Translations under genes and position numbers: made by a program
In this document: one piece after another, positions 8,683 through 16,882 of the stretch
Numbering within the stretch: the stretch's first letter is position 1
Layout of the letters: the number at the start of each line of letters is the position of its first letter
Virus record (IMG/VR): IMGVR_UViG_3300046170_000289
DNA: 64,000 bases
Direction: 5' to 3' (one strand)
Source: a virus
Notes under the pieces: model-generated
What the model was told of the DNA's origin: nothing
Database searches by the model: none
The model's input: only the letters and a program-made list of their open reading frames with translations

Positions 8683-8867
8683 CAGTCTGCATAACCATCA
8701 TCATCGTCACTATATCTATATCCCAAACGCTCTGCCTGGTTGGGAGGAAACCATGGTTTGTCAGGCACGGGTTTGTATGCATCAGGATCTTCTTTGATAG
8801 CATCCTCTAGGGAGATTGCTAGGAGTTTAAGATTGTGTGCAATCAGTTTTACTTTCTCGTGATTCAT
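8682..8867 (-). CDS. Hypothetical protein
   Basis: 61-aa ORF. Confidence 0.65.
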   Translation of the reverse strand: MNHEKVKLIAHNLKLLAISLEDAIKEDPDAYKPVPDKPWFPPNQAERLGYRYSDDDDGYAD

Positions 8868-8888
8868 AGATGTAAAAGAATATTAAAA

Positions 8889-8908
8889 AAGAGGGGTCAC
8901 CCCCTCTT
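8889..8908 (-). terminator. Intrinsic terminator after DUF4278 gene
   Basis: AAGAGGGG-loop-CCCCTCTT followed by TTTT. Confidence 0.85.
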
Positions 8909-8916
8909 TACTTAGG

Positions 8917-9084
8917 TCACTTGCTGTAGGTCTGCCCACGGTAGCAGAAAGTCCCATGGGACTCAGTGCTTTCCACACAACGTGTGTCATACTTAACACC
9001 ACGGTATGAGGTGTGAGTAATCTGTGCGTCATGCAAGGCAGATGCCTTGTGGATTTGCTTGCGAATGAGGTTAAGTGTGTTCAT
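8917..9084 (-). CDS. DUF4278-family small protein (55 aa)
   Basis: MNTLNLIRKQ...SYRGVKY...CYRGQTY, two YRG motifs; GAGGA RBS. Confidence 0.75.
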   Translation of the reverse strand: MNTLNLIRKQIHKASALHDAQITHTSYRGVKYDTRCVESTESHGTFCYRGQTYSK

Positions 9085-9118
9085 GAGTATGTCCTCTGAA
9101 GTTAGGGTTTTTAATCCC

Positions 9119-9303
9119 CGTTCCTTCAGCCGTTTTCGTCCCAATACCACTCACATTCTGGTGCTGATTCCTTTAAGGTATCGACCAACTCGATCTTAAC
9201 TTGATTGCTAAGATTCTGATTGCTCTCAATCTTCAGCATGATAGCGTCAGTCTGAGTGCAGGTGAGTGTTGAATAGAATAATAGTTCTAGCATGGGATGA
9301 ACG
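9119..9303 (-). ncRNA. Glutamine-riboswitch-like aptamer copy 2, with ORF-sized P2 loop
   Basis: CGTTCATCCC ... GGGACGAAAACGGCTGAAGGAACG; same flanks as copy 1, about 150 nt between the P2 strands. Confidence 0.5.
9126..9293 (-). CDS. Small hypothetical protein (55 aa) nested in aptamer copy 2
   Basis: Hand translation MLELLFYSTLTCTQTDAIMLKIESNQNLSNQVKIELVDTLKESAPECEWYWDENG; GGAG RBS; missed by ORF track. Confidence 0.7.
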   Translation of the reverse strand: MLELLFYSTLTCTQTDAIMLKIESNQNLSNQVKIELVDTLKESAPECEWYWDENG

Positions 9304-9306
9304 CTC

Positions 9307-9358
9307 CGTTCCGCGACTTACTTGCGTCCAAAAGGATATAGAGTCCCTTGGATGAACG
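9307..9358 (-). ncRNA. Glutamine-riboswitch-like aptamer copy 1 (Downstream-peptide type)
   Basis: CGTTCA-TCC[hairpin]GGA-CGCA-AGTAAGTCGC-GGAACG; P1 CGTTC/GAACG. Confidence 0.65.
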
Positions 9359-9383
9359 TATGGTCATGATAACATGACATGAC

Positions 9384-9391
9384 TATTTATG
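9384..9391 (-). promoter_or_regulatory. Late-type promoter upstream of the aptamers
   Basis: CATAAATA, one mismatch from T4 TATAAATA; a second GATAAATA at 9401-9408. Confidence 0.55.
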
Positions 9392-9399
9392 CAAGTCCC

Positions 9400-9603
9400 T
9401 TATTTATCACGTTTCTTTTTACGACGATTGAGTTTATAAGGGGTGTTGCTAATGGGCTTGGTATTCTTTAAGTCCTTCTTGAGTTTCTTCAAGAAAGATA
9501 AGTGGTCCCTTATACCATGTATCGGGGTCTTCGGAATACCAGTCGATTGTGTCTCGTTTGTATAAAGGGACCTCGCTTGTCTCTTCCAATTTCTTCTCGG
9601 CAT
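9400..9603 (-). CDS. Basic hypothetical protein
   Basis: 67-aa ORF filling the gap after nrdB; competing frames exist. Confidence 0.45.
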   Translation of the reverse strand: MPRRNWKRQARSLYTNETQSTGIPKTPIHGIRDHLSFLKKLKKDLKNTKPISNTPYKLNRRKKKRDK

Positions 9604-9653
9604 TGTGATGTGTACCTGGATACACCTTGGGTATCCGTATCCATGTTGTAATT

Positions 9654-10790
9654 TTATAGCTTAAACCCGCTAAAAGTTTCCGCACTAACATCCTGCTTGA
9701 TTCCTCCGACGACATAGGATTCAATCTCAGTTTCCTGAGGGGCATTTTGTTGACCCTTGCTATTTAGCCAGTGCTCTGTCCAAGGCAGAGGATTGTTTTT
9801 AGCAGGGATGTCGAAGGCAGGTGCTAGACCGATTGCTTTCATACGACGATTAGCAATCCACTCAACGTATTGAGAAAGGAGACGCTCGTTAAGACCGATC
9901 ATGCTACCATTCTCAAACAAATATTTTGCCCACTCTTTCTCTTGGGATACTGCGTCAAGAAACATCTGACGCACTGTCTCCTCTTCTTCCTTGATGATCT
10001 CTTGCATCTCAGGATCGTCACCCTTCTTCCACTTGTAGAGGATCTTCTGGGTCAACGCGAGATGTTGCGACTCATCCCTGGCAATAAGGGAGATAATTTT
10101 TGCAGAACCTTCCATGAGTTTAAGTTCACCAAAAGCAAAACTGCAAGCAAAAGAAACATAAAACCGTATACCTTCAAGGATGTTAACATTAGCGACCGCC
10201 AGATAAAGTTTACGCTTGACATCCCTCATAGTCCATTGGGCAGTGGGGGAATCTTGCCAAGTTCCTTTCCACATGTTACTGAGTGACCACTCAGTTGCTA
10301 CCTCAATGAAGTCATTGTATGCTTTGCATACTGCAGTAGCACGGTCAAGGATCTTGTCGTTGTCTAATACCGCATCGAAGACTTCTGATGGGTCTGCGTA
10401 TACGTTTTTGATGATATGAGTATAGGAGCGGGAGTGAATCTGCTCCATGAATTCCCATACTCCCATGCATCCTTCCAACTCTGGAAGACTACAGTAAGGT
10501 GAGAATGCCATGCCAGGACCCCGCCCTTGCACAGAGTCCAGAAGGATCTGATACTTAAGATTGCTGGTGTAGATATGTTTTTGTTGCTCATTCAGTGTCT
10601 TGTAATCGGCACGGTCCTTCTGTAGAGATACCTCTTCAGGTCTCCAGAAGTAACCGAGTTGTGTCTGTGTTAATTTATCGAAGTCAGGATACTTGTATTC
10701 ATCGTAGCGTTGCATCCCTAGGGGTGCTCCGAAAAACATCGGTTGTTTTTTGGTGTCCACTTTCTTATCGTTGAAAACAGTCAATCCCAT
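9654..10790 (-). CDS. nrdB: Ribonucleotide reductase class Ia beta subunit
   Basis: FWRPEEV, EQIHSRSY, LEGIRFY, DESQH, PQETEIESY; start set at MGLTVF. Confidence 0.97.
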   Translation of the reverse strand: MGLTVFNDKKVDTKKQPMFFGAPLGMQRYDEYKYPDFDKLTQTQLGYFWRPEEVSLQKDRADYKTLNEQQKHIYTSNLKYQILLDSVQGRGPGMAFSPYCSLPELEGCMGVWEFMEQIHSRSYTHIIKNVYADPSEVFDAVLDNDKILDRATAVCKAYNDFIEVATEWSLSNMWKGTWQDSPTAQWTMRDVKRKLYLAVANVNILEGIRFYVSFACSFAFGELKLMEGSAKIISLIARDESQHLALTQKILYKWKKGDDPEMQEIIKEEEETVRQMFLDAVSQEKEWAKYLFENGSMIGLNERLLSQYVEWIANRRMKAIGLAPAFDIPAKNNPLPWTEHWLNSKGQQNAPQETEIESYVVGGIKQDVSAETFSGFKL

Positions 10791-10948
10791 TTTGGCTCCC
10801 TTGGATTCGTGCATGTACCGTAATTGTAAACATAATTTAGAAATGCATTGATCCTTGGAGCAACCTCCAGTGATGTGCAGCAATCAATGTAGGACTCGAA
10901 GTCTTCCTGCAAGTCCTTACATAGTGTAATCGTAACTTCTTTAGACAT
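10781..10948 (-). CDS. Small hypothetical protein between nrdA and nrdB
   Basis: MSKEVTITLCKDLQEDF..., overlaps both neighbours by a few nt. Confidence 0.6.
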   Translation of the reverse strand: MSKEVTITLCKDLQEDFESYIDCCTSLEVAPRINAFLNYVYNYGTCTNPREPKWD

Positions 10949-13262
10949 TACAAGCGTCGCATTCAGACTCGTCGCTTGCATCAATCTCTGCTAGGAGATT
11001 GTTTAACTTATCTGTGGTCTCATCAACCCACCCAATTGAATGAGCAGGCTCATCGACATCCTTCTTAGCATCATAGGTATTCTGATAATAAGATGTCTTC
11101 CAACCATACTTGTAAGTCATCAGTAGATCTTGTGCCATAACGGATACAGGCACTTCGTTGTTGTCGAATTTCTCTGGGTTATAAGACCAGTTGCCAGAGA
11201 TGGCTTGGTCAAAGAATTTCTGCATGACTGCAACAATCTCAACGTATCCTTTGTTGGATTGCATTTCCCATAGGAGAGTGTAATTATTTTTTAGTGTATT
11301 GTATTGAGGGACAATCTGCTTAAGAGGTCCTTTCTTTGATTTCTTAATGGACAAGTAGTCTCTAGGCGGCTCGATTCCATTGGTTGCGTTTGACACAACG
11401 GAGCTGCTCTCCGAAGGCATTTGTGCGGACAGAGTGCTGTGCCTGAGTCCGTATTCATCGATATCTTGCCTAAGAGTATCCCAATCATACTTGTATTCTG
11501 GTGCTACTAGGTCATCTACATCCTTCTTATATGTATCGATTGGAAGAAGTCCATCGGAATACTTTGTGCGATGGAATGCTTCACATGCTCCACGCTCTTC
11601 AGCAAGTTTGTTAGATGCTTTGAGCAGGTAGTATTGGAATGCTTCCGTCAACTCATGGACGAGTTTCAATGCACCTTTGTCATCATAATGCTCGCCATGC
11701 TTAGCAAGGTAGTGTGCTAGTCCAATGTATCCGATGCCCAGAGAGCGACGTGCCAGGGTGCTACGTTGAGCAGCAGCGACTGGATACTCCTGGTAGTCAA
11801 TCAACTCCTCCAGACCCCTCACAGAGAGGTCACAGAGGTCTTCCATCTCATCTAGGGACTTCAGTTTACCCACGTTGATAGCAGAGAGAATGCACAGAGC
11901 AATCTCACCACCACGATCATCAATGTGATTGATAGGATCAGTAGGCAGAGTGATCTCCTGACAGAGGTTACTCATATTCACCTTGTCCTTGAAGGAGGAG
12001 TGACTATTACAGTGGTCGATATTCATGATGTAGATACGACCTGTCTCTGCTCTCTCCTTTAGTAGATCAAGGAAGAGTTGTTGGGCAGAGATGGTGAGTC
12101 TAGGGATTGACTGATCCCTCTCGTAACTACAATACAGATCGTCAAACTCATCAGTGCCGAAAGCGTCATACAACCCAGGGACATCATGAGGACTAAAAAG
12201 CGAAACCTCTCCGTTTCCGATGAATCTTTCATAAAATAGTTTGCTAATTTGGACTGAGTAATCAAGTTTCCTTACCCTGTTATCTTCAGTGCCCTTGTTA
12301 TTCTTAAGGACAATGATATCTTCTATTTCTTTGTGCCAAATGGGGAAGTGGACTGTTGCGCTTCCACCTCGGACGCCATTTTGAGTGCAGCATCTGACAG
12401 TTGCTTCAAACTTTTTGAGAAATGGAACAACGCCTGTGTGCTGAACTTCACCGCCCCTGATTTTACTGTTGATGCCACGGATTCTTCCAGCATTAATACC
12501 GATGCCAGCCCTTTGAGCAACATAGTAACCGATAGCCATGTCACTACTAAAAATGCTATCGATGGTGTCATCAGCATCCACAAGAACACAGCTTGCAAAT
12601 TGTCGAAGTGGAGTCCGCACTCCTGCCATGATGGGCGTTGGGATGTTGATCCTGTGCTTCGAGATTGCGTTGTAGTATCGTCTGACATAATCGAGTCTTG
12701 TCTCTTTGGGGTATGTTTGGAAGAGAGTTGCTGCAATCATGATGTACATCTGTTGGGGTGTCTCATACACCTCACCAGACGACCGATCCTGCACGAGGTA
12801 TTTATCAACCACCTGCCTTAGACCAGCGTATGTAAACAAATAGTCACGGTCATGATCGATGAAGGATTCAATCTGATCCCACTCATCATCTGTGTATGCT
12901 TTGAGGATGGACTTATCGTAGACGCCACGCTCAATGCAGTCCCATACATGCTCCTGAATATGAGGACGCAAGTCTGGGTGTCCATTATACACTTGCTTAC
13001 GAAGACCAAACAGGAGCAGACGTGCTGCTACAAACTGATAGTTTGGTGCATCCAATGTAATCAAATCATTAGCAGAGCGCACAAGGATCTCTTGAATGTC
13101 ACTCGTCTTAATGCCATCAAATAGTTGCAGGTTAGCATTCATTTCGATTGCTGACTCTGACACACCAGCAAGTCCTCTGCAAGCGTGCTCTACCATTTCA
13201 TGGATTTTACTAAGGTGGATCTCTTCCACCTGTCCGTTGCGTTTGACAACTGTGTTGCTCAT
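10941..13262 (-). CDS. nrdA: Ribonucleotide reductase class Ia alpha subunit
   Basis: ATP cone VVKRNG, PTPIM, SNLCQEI, TSYY; no intein or intron. Confidence 0.98.
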   Translation of the reverse strand: MSNTVVKRNGQVEEIHLSKIHEMVEHACRGLAGVSESAIEMNANLQLFDGIKTSDIQEILVRSANDLITLDAPNYQFVAARLLLFGLRKQVYNGHPDLRPHIQEHVWDCIERGVYDKSILKAYTDDEWDQIESFIDHDRDYLFTYAGLRQVVDKYLVQDRSSGEVYETPQQMYIMIAATLFQTYPKETRLDYVRRYYNAISKHRINIPTPIMAGVRTPLRQFASCVLVDADDTIDSIFSSDMAIGYYVAQRAGIGINAGRIRGINSKIRGGEVQHTGVVPFLKKFEATVRCCTQNGVRGGSATVHFPIWHKEIEDIIVLKNNKGTEDNRVRKLDYSVQISKLFYERFIGNGEVSLFSPHDVPGLYDAFGTDEFDDLYCSYERDQSIPRLTISAQQLFLDLLKERAETGRIYIMNIDHCNSHSSFKDKVNMSNLCQEITLPTDPINHIDDRGGEIALCILSAINVGKLKSLDEMEDLCDLSVRGLEELIDYQEYPVAAAQRSTLARRSLGIGYIGLAHYLAKHGEHYDDKGALKLVHELTEAFQYYLLKASNKLAEERGACEAFHRTKYSDGLLPIDTYKKDVDDLVAPEYKYDWDTLRQDIDEYGLRHSTLSAQMPSESSSVVSNATNGIEPPRDYLSIKKSKKGPLKQIVPQYNTLKNNYTLLWEMQSNKGYVEIVAVMQKFFDQAISGNWSYNPEKFDNNEVPVSVMAQDLLMTYKYGWKTSYYQNTYDAKKDVDEPAHSIGWVDETTDKLNNLLAEIDASDESECDACNV

Positions 13263-14251
13263 ACCTTTTTCCAATCTGTAAGTTGTACCTTTGCTGTTAA
13301 TCCTGAAAAGGTGTTGCTTTTTATTATAGCAGAAGGGTCAAGTCCTGCCAACACCATGTCATTTATGTCTTTTTCTTTTACTGACTTCGGCCAGATTACT
13401 ACTGCCTCGCCGCTTCCAATTGCCGCATCAATCCTAGACACGATCTGTCGATTTCTTGGCTCGTTGTCGAAGACCCAGACCCTATGTGGATAAGGAAGAG
13501 TGCGGTGGTCAACATCGCTGCCACACATAGCAACAGATTGCTTAATGAAAGTACTGTCGAATGGTCCTTCTGTGACATACACTGTCTCCTTAGGGTTTAC
13601 TTGGTCTTGTCCGAATAGTTTGAGTTGATCCTCAAACATCACGGTGATGTATCGTAGCGTAGAAGTTGCTGCCATAGATCTACCCTGAATGCCAAACCAA
13701 TTACCGTCCTTGTCAATGAGAGGGATAATAATTCTAGGTCTGTCATTCTGTAGGTTATCAAATGTCTGGCGTTGCGTATTAACCCACCTCTTAAACTTGT
13801 CAACATAGAAGAATCTACCCAGTTGATCTTCTGGGATTCTTCTATCGAGGAGATACTTCTTGGCGGGGTGCGTTGTATTTAGCTCGCTGATCGGAGTGAG
13901 ATCTGTCACTTTGTTAGCAAACTTTGGCTTTGCACCTTTGTATTGAGGAGCAGGTGTGTGCCTACCTTTACCAGTCATCCCCTGCTTATATTTCTCCATG
14001 ATGTATTCATCATGAAGGTCCACCGCATTGTCCTTTAGAAAATTAGACAGCGATCTACCCATGCCACAGTTGTGACACTTGAAAATGTATTCAGTCTTCT
14101 TCAGAAAAAAATAACCCCGTGCCTTATTCTTATGCTTCTGTGAATCACCACAGTAAGGGCAGCGGAAGTTATAAAGTCCAGACTTGACGTGTTTGTATTT
14201 CTCTAGCCTAGTGCTGAGGAGTCTGATGTATTTGTCATCGACGTAATCCAT
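13259..14251 (-). CDS. 61: DNA primase (T4 gp61-like)
   Basis: Zn finger RCPYCGDS...CHNCG, VTEGPFDS TOPRIM. Confidence 0.95.
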   Translation of the reverse strand: MDYVDDKYIRLLSTRLEKYKHVKSGLYNFRCPYCGDSQKHKNKARGYFFLKKTEYIFKCHNCGMGRSLSNFLKDNAVDLHDEYIMEKYKQGMTGKGRHTPAPQYKGAKPKFANKVTDLTPISELNTTHPAKKYLLDRRIPEDQLGRFFYVDKFKRWVNTQRQTFDNLQNDRPRIIIPLIDKDGNWFGIQGRSMAATSTLRYITVMFEDQLKLFGQDQVNPKETVYVTEGPFDSTFIKQSVAMCGSDVDHRTLPYPHRVWVFDNEPRNRQIVSRIDAAIGSGEAVVIWPKSVKEKDINDMVLAGLDPSAIIKSNTFSGLTAKVQLTDWKKV

Positions 14252-14634
14252 GCAGGGGAGTCCACTGCAGGTAGCATAGCAGAAGGATCGCCAGGTGTCA
14301 ATGACCTAAGCACTGCTTGACCTGGGACACTGACGAGGAAAGAGATTACAGCGAGTCCACCGAAGATGGTCCACATCTTTTTCTCCATCATCCTAAGTCT
14401 ATCATCTACCAAACGAATGTCTCTCTCACAACCTTTCTTGATTGTGTCACATTCTTTAGTTAGATCTGAATGAAGTCTGTCCACTTTCTCGAATAGAATA
14501 CCATCTACTTCACTCTGTGTGGATAACTTCTCGTTATGCACAGCAAGTAACTGACCCATTTTGACACTGTTGTCTTGCAGTGAGTCAACTACCTTTTCTA
14601 ATCGCTCTAGAATTGCTGAGTTAATGTCTGCCAT
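14203..14634 (-). CDS. Coiled-coil protein with C-terminal TM helix
   Basis: 143-aa ORF; heptad-like region then WTIFGGLAVISFLV. Confidence 0.7.
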   Translation of the reverse strand: MADINSAILERLEKVVDSLQDNSVKMGQLLAVHNEKLSTQSEVDGILFEKVDRLHSDLTKECDTIKKGCERDIRLVDDRLRMMEKKMWTIFGGLAVISFLVSVPGQAVLRSLTPGDPSAMLPAVDSPAWITSMTNTSDSSALG

Positions 14635-15023
14635 TATTCTGCTCTTAATGCTGCTTGTCGTTTCTTCCAGTAAAACTGGATTACATCATTAGGATATAGA
14701 CGTTTGACATCTAACTTCTTAAAGTTTTCTGGTCGATAGATCTTACGAAGCTCTATCTTCAGTTGTGCCTGGGACTTACTATACAATACATACTGCTCTG
14801 CTCCATCATACGAGATGAGGAATGGTAGGTATGAAGTATCTTTCTGTGCTCCCTCAGTTGCTAACATGTCAGACTGAGAGATTGTGTAGCGACGACGCTT
14901 CTTAGGTTTCTTCTTCGACCCTCCTAGGAGAGGAGTGAAACCAGCATTGGGTCCAGTAGCATCAGCAGTATTGCTGAAACCACCATCGCCTGCGCTCATT
15001 GTTGGTGCGTCTTCATTCATCAC
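14634..15023 (-). CDS. Hypothetical protein
   Basis: 129-aa ORF coupled to its neighbours. Confidence 0.7.
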   Translation of the reverse strand: MMNEDAPTMSAGDGGFSNTADATGPNAGFTPLLGGSKKKPKKRRRYTISQSDMLATEGAQKDTSYLPFLISYDGAEQYVLYSKSQAQLKIELRKIYRPENFKKLDVKRLYPNDVIQFYWKKRQAALRAE

Positions 15024-15391
15024 AGATCTTCTAGTAATTCTTTTACGTCGTTATCGATATCAACAAGGTCAAGACATCCAGCAGGGATCTGTGGATATCT
15101 ATTCAGATATACAAGAAAGGTCTTTATGAGAGACCAATATTCTCTTTCTAGTTTATACATTAGTAGCGGGATCGTCCCGTCACCGAATACATTAAACAGA
15201 ATGATGAGATGATTCAGTATCAAATTGACACGGAGGACACCAGTCTTCAAATACCTCTTGAGTAATCTCTTAAGGTATTTGAATTTCTTCATGTCCTCCA
15301 TAAAATCATCCACGGTTACTGACTGTGGATTATCATAATGCTGAATAGCAAACATCAAATAGTTTTTTTCATTAAGTAAATCAAAGTGCAT
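15020..15391 (-). CDS. Conserved T4-like cyanophage hypothetical protein
   Basis: MHFDLLNEKNYLMFAIQHYDNPQ...KYLKRLL. Confidence 0.75.
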   Translation of the reverse strand: MHFDLLNEKNYLMFAIQHYDNPQSVTVDDFMEDMKKFKYLKRLLKRYLKTGVLRVNLILNHLIILFNVFGDGTIPLLMYKLEREYWSLIKTFLVYLNRYPQIPAGCLDLVDIDNDVKELLEDL

Positions 15392-15410
15392 TATGTAAAA
15401 AAGTCAGTTA

Positions 15411-16235
15411 TCAAGACCCGAAGGTCACAGTTGCAGCACCATCAGTGATCACTTCTTCTGTGCCACCTGCTGAGGTAATCTTGACGCGATACTTGTAACC
15501 GTCCAGAGCGTCGCTAGCGAGGCCACTGTAAGCAAGAGTTGCGGTCGTGAAGTCTGCATAGGTGATACCTGTGTCAAGTCCAGCAGTGATGTTAGTCCAC
15601 TTCTTGGTAGAGCTAGCAGTCTGACGTTGCCAGACATAAGCAAGTGCTCCAGGTGTTCCTGTGGTAGAAGTGCTGAGCGTAAATGTGCCAGCGCCAGAGG
15701 AAGAAGTAGAAGCAGCAGGTTGTGCAGTAACAGTTACAGCAGATGCAACATCAGCAACGATGGTGTCATCAGCGTCGTCACCAGCAGCACCAGCAGTAGC
15801 ATGGACGAATGCAATGCACTCAGCCTTATGCTTGGTGTCTCCAGCAGCGGTGGTGTATGTGCGATACTGCCACCAACCAGGACCAGTGATACCGCGAGAC
15901 TTATTCTCAGCGAGTGACATCTCAGTGGTGTCAACAAATACGAGATCGTATGAGTTGCTATCGCCACCTTTGATTACATACTCAGCAACCGCTTTAGGTG
16001 CAGTCCTACGGACAGCGCCAGCGAGTGCAGCAGCAGTGCTACCTGCGTATGCTTTGTGCAATTCGATTGCAGTAGTGCTAGTAACTTCTTTAACGATGTA
16101 TGCAACGTTAGAGAGCTCTAGAATGTCGCCCACGACGACAGTATCCGCAGCGTTTTTCGTAACAGTGGCGTCACCATTGGTGACCGCTACATTGTTGGCG
16201 AAGGTTGCGGCATCAATTTTTCCAAATACAGCCAT
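15411..16235 (-). CDS. Putative virion protein with C-terminal Ig-like domain
   Basis: Ala/Thr-rich; VTAQP...YVWQ...DGYKYRVKIT pattern; late promoter upstream. Confidence 0.7.
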   Translation of the reverse strand: MAVFGKIDAATFANNVAVTNGDATVTKNAADTVVVGDILELSNVAYIVKEVTSTTAIELHKAYAGSTAAALAGAVRRTAPKAVAEYVIKGGDSNSYDLVFVDTTEMSLAENKSRGITGPGWWQYRTYTTAAGDTKHKAECIAFVHATAGAAGDDADDTIVADVASAVTVTAQPAASTSSSGAGTFTLSTSTTGTPGALAYVWQRQTASSTKKWTNITAGLDTGITYADFTTATLAYSGLASDALDGYKYRVKITSAGGTEEVITDGAATVTFGS

Positions 16236-16269
16236 TGTTTCTCCGTGTATGAAGATTATTCCTATAAGT

Positions 16270-16277
16270 TATTTATA
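16270..16277 (-). promoter_or_regulatory. T4 late promoter
   Basis: Exact TATAAATA. Confidence 0.75.
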
Positions 16278-16278
16278 G

Positions 16279-16455
16279 CTATTCTTCTTTCTGAAACAGA
16301 AGCGACTCCACAACGTCCACAGCCTTGTCATCCAACTTGTTGTCAGTTGTAGACACCAGTGAGCGCAGCACGTCCACGATAAAGTGACGCACTTCGTCTT
16401 TACCGAGTAGTCCGATAATTGTTTTCTTTGCTAGGGGTAGGAAAATTGCCCACAT
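16279..16455 (-). CDS. Small hypothetical protein (58 aa)
   Basis: Hand translation MWAIFLPLAKKTIIGLLGKDEV...TTDNKLDDKAV. Confidence 0.7.
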   Translation of the reverse strand: MWAIFLPLAKKTIIGLLGKDEVRHFIVDVLRSLVSTTDNKLDDKAVDVVESLLFQKEE

Positions 16456-16492
16456 AGATCAGTCCTCGTAGGTTACTGATCTATATATGTGT

Positions 16493-16882
16493 TTACTTCC
16501 CGCCTGCCTTCTTTCTATCGAAATCGATAGTAGCTTGCATCATCTTCGCCTTCATGCGCTCCTTGGCAGCCTTCTTAGCAGCGTCGTCTGCTACGTTGTC
16601 AGCTTTAGGTGCAGCAGCAGGGGGATCGCATTCTTCTTTCTTGACATCCTGACCAGGCTCATACCATTTGCCGTCGCCGTCAGAGTCTTGCCAACGCTTG
16701 CCTGCTTTCGCAGCTTTGATGTGTTTGTCTTTCTTTTTGGCAGCTTCCTTGAGTGCTTCCACACTACTAAGGATTCTACTTCTCAAATGTTCAGACATAA
16801 GGTCCTCTTTTCTTGGATTGATGGTGACATTTCCTTTTTTGGTTGTCTTCAGAGATGTTTCTTTATGACCGATAGGCTTCAT
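16493..16882 (-). CDS. Lys/Ala-rich hypothetical protein, possible internal head protein
   Basis: Low complexity; TATAAATA at 16941-16948 upstream. Confidence 0.65.
   Translation of the reverse strand: MKPIGHKETSLKTTKKGNVTINPRKEDLMSEHLRSRILSSVEALKEAAKKKDKHIKAAKAGKRWQDSDGDGKWYEPGQDVKKEECDPPAAAPKADNVADDAAKKAAKERMKAKMMQATIDFDRKKAGGK

Noticed and set aside
9449-9745. 98-aa ORF overlapping the nrdB end
   Set aside because: It overlaps nrdB by about 90 nt and the 9400-9603 ORF in another frame; I cannot decide the true frame by eye, so it is not called.
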